This document shows positions 63,376 through 64,000 of a stretch of DNA of 64,000 nucleotides, piece after piece; position 1 is the first letter of the stretch; each line of letters starts with the position of its first letter. A program made the position numbers and the translations under genes. This DNA comes from the human T2T-CHM13v2.0 reference genome, Homo sapiens: NCBI RefSeq assembly GCF_009914755.1, contig NC_060931.1; one strand, written 5' to 3'. The notes beneath the pieces were generated by a model. That model ran no database searches. It was given only the letters and a program-made list of their open reading frames with translations, and had not been told where the DNA came from.

Positions 63376-63584
63376 CCAGAAACATTTTTAATAGTTACAA
63401 TACTATTAAACTGTAATACTGTGTATTACAACTGGTAGTTAATAATTGTCAATCCCCAGGGCTAAAGAATAGAATATTATTATTAATTTATTCTTTAGAA
63501 ATGAACTCTCCCCCACTTACAAATGATGCTTCAATTAAAGACTTTATTAAAAATTACTGTTACAATTCTTCATTCTTATTGAAG

Positions 63585-63661
63585 CTTGCCATTTTTGAAA
63601 AAGAAAGTGTCGGATGAAATAACTTATGCTGAAGATACTGCTAATTCAATTGCACTTCTGG
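63585..63661 (+). CDS. CFAP69: CFAP69 exon 5 (77 nt); gene continues beyond the window
   Basis: TTCTTATTGAAG|C acceptor; (G)LPFLKKKVSDEITYAEDTANSIALL; TGG|GTAAGT donor. Confidence 0.93.
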
Positions 63662-64000
63662 GTAAGTTAAGATTTCCTTAAGGTATAGGGATGTAACATA
63701 CGACAGGTCCTACTGACAAGGGAATATCTATTTTCCCCAAGTTTCACTAAGAGGACTCCTTCTCCATGTCTAGGATCTTCTCTTGTTAGTGAATTAATCA
63801 CAGTGTGCTTGGTGATAATTCTGGTATTGTATTCTGTTCAGGTTGTTTCGTGATACCAATAAAAGTCCATCTTCTAAGTACAAGGACAGGCTGATAATGT
63901 AGTTTGATGAATTATTATTTAGTTTAATGAAGTGTTTGTTAACTATTTTTGTAAATCAGAAAGTGTACATACCCTTTTTAAATAATCACAAAAACATTTC

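Noticed and set aside
63412-63430. Hairpin TGTAATAC-TGT-GTATTACA
   Set aside because: An 8-bp AT-rich stem is compatible with chance; no RNA-gene features.

Overview
Primate (almost certainly human) genomic DNA, recognisable from the translated exons as the STEAP2-CFAP69 locus (chr7q21.13 from memory). It holds the whole STEAP2 metalloreductase gene on +: CpG-island promoter ~9.8-10.5 kb, several alternative 5'UTR exons, coding exons 23385-23876, 25273-25800, 28177-28341, 30642-30929 (490 aa), an alternative terminal exon at 35197 (454 or 419 aa) and a ~5 kb 3'UTR. About 7.5 kb downstream, also on +, are the promoter and coding exons 1-5 of the ciliary/flagellar gene CFAP69. The rest is interspersed repeats (L1PA, L1M, Alu, MIR, L2, MaLR/ERV LTRs, MER5/MER30/Tigger); repeat subfamilies are called by eye from remembered consensus sequences. 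Almost all other ORFs in the track are repeat-derived or chance. I cannot support a wholly new biological system. The best leads are: a U12 (minor-spliceosome) intron in CFAP69 packed with inverted Alus; phase-compatible STEAP2-CFAP69 read-through splicing; an Alu-tail GGAA microsatellite 3 kb upstream of STEAP2; an RFX-motif solo LTR just upstream of the first STEAP2 coding exon; and a 5'UTR that could switch between a non-AUG N-terminal extension and a uORF.
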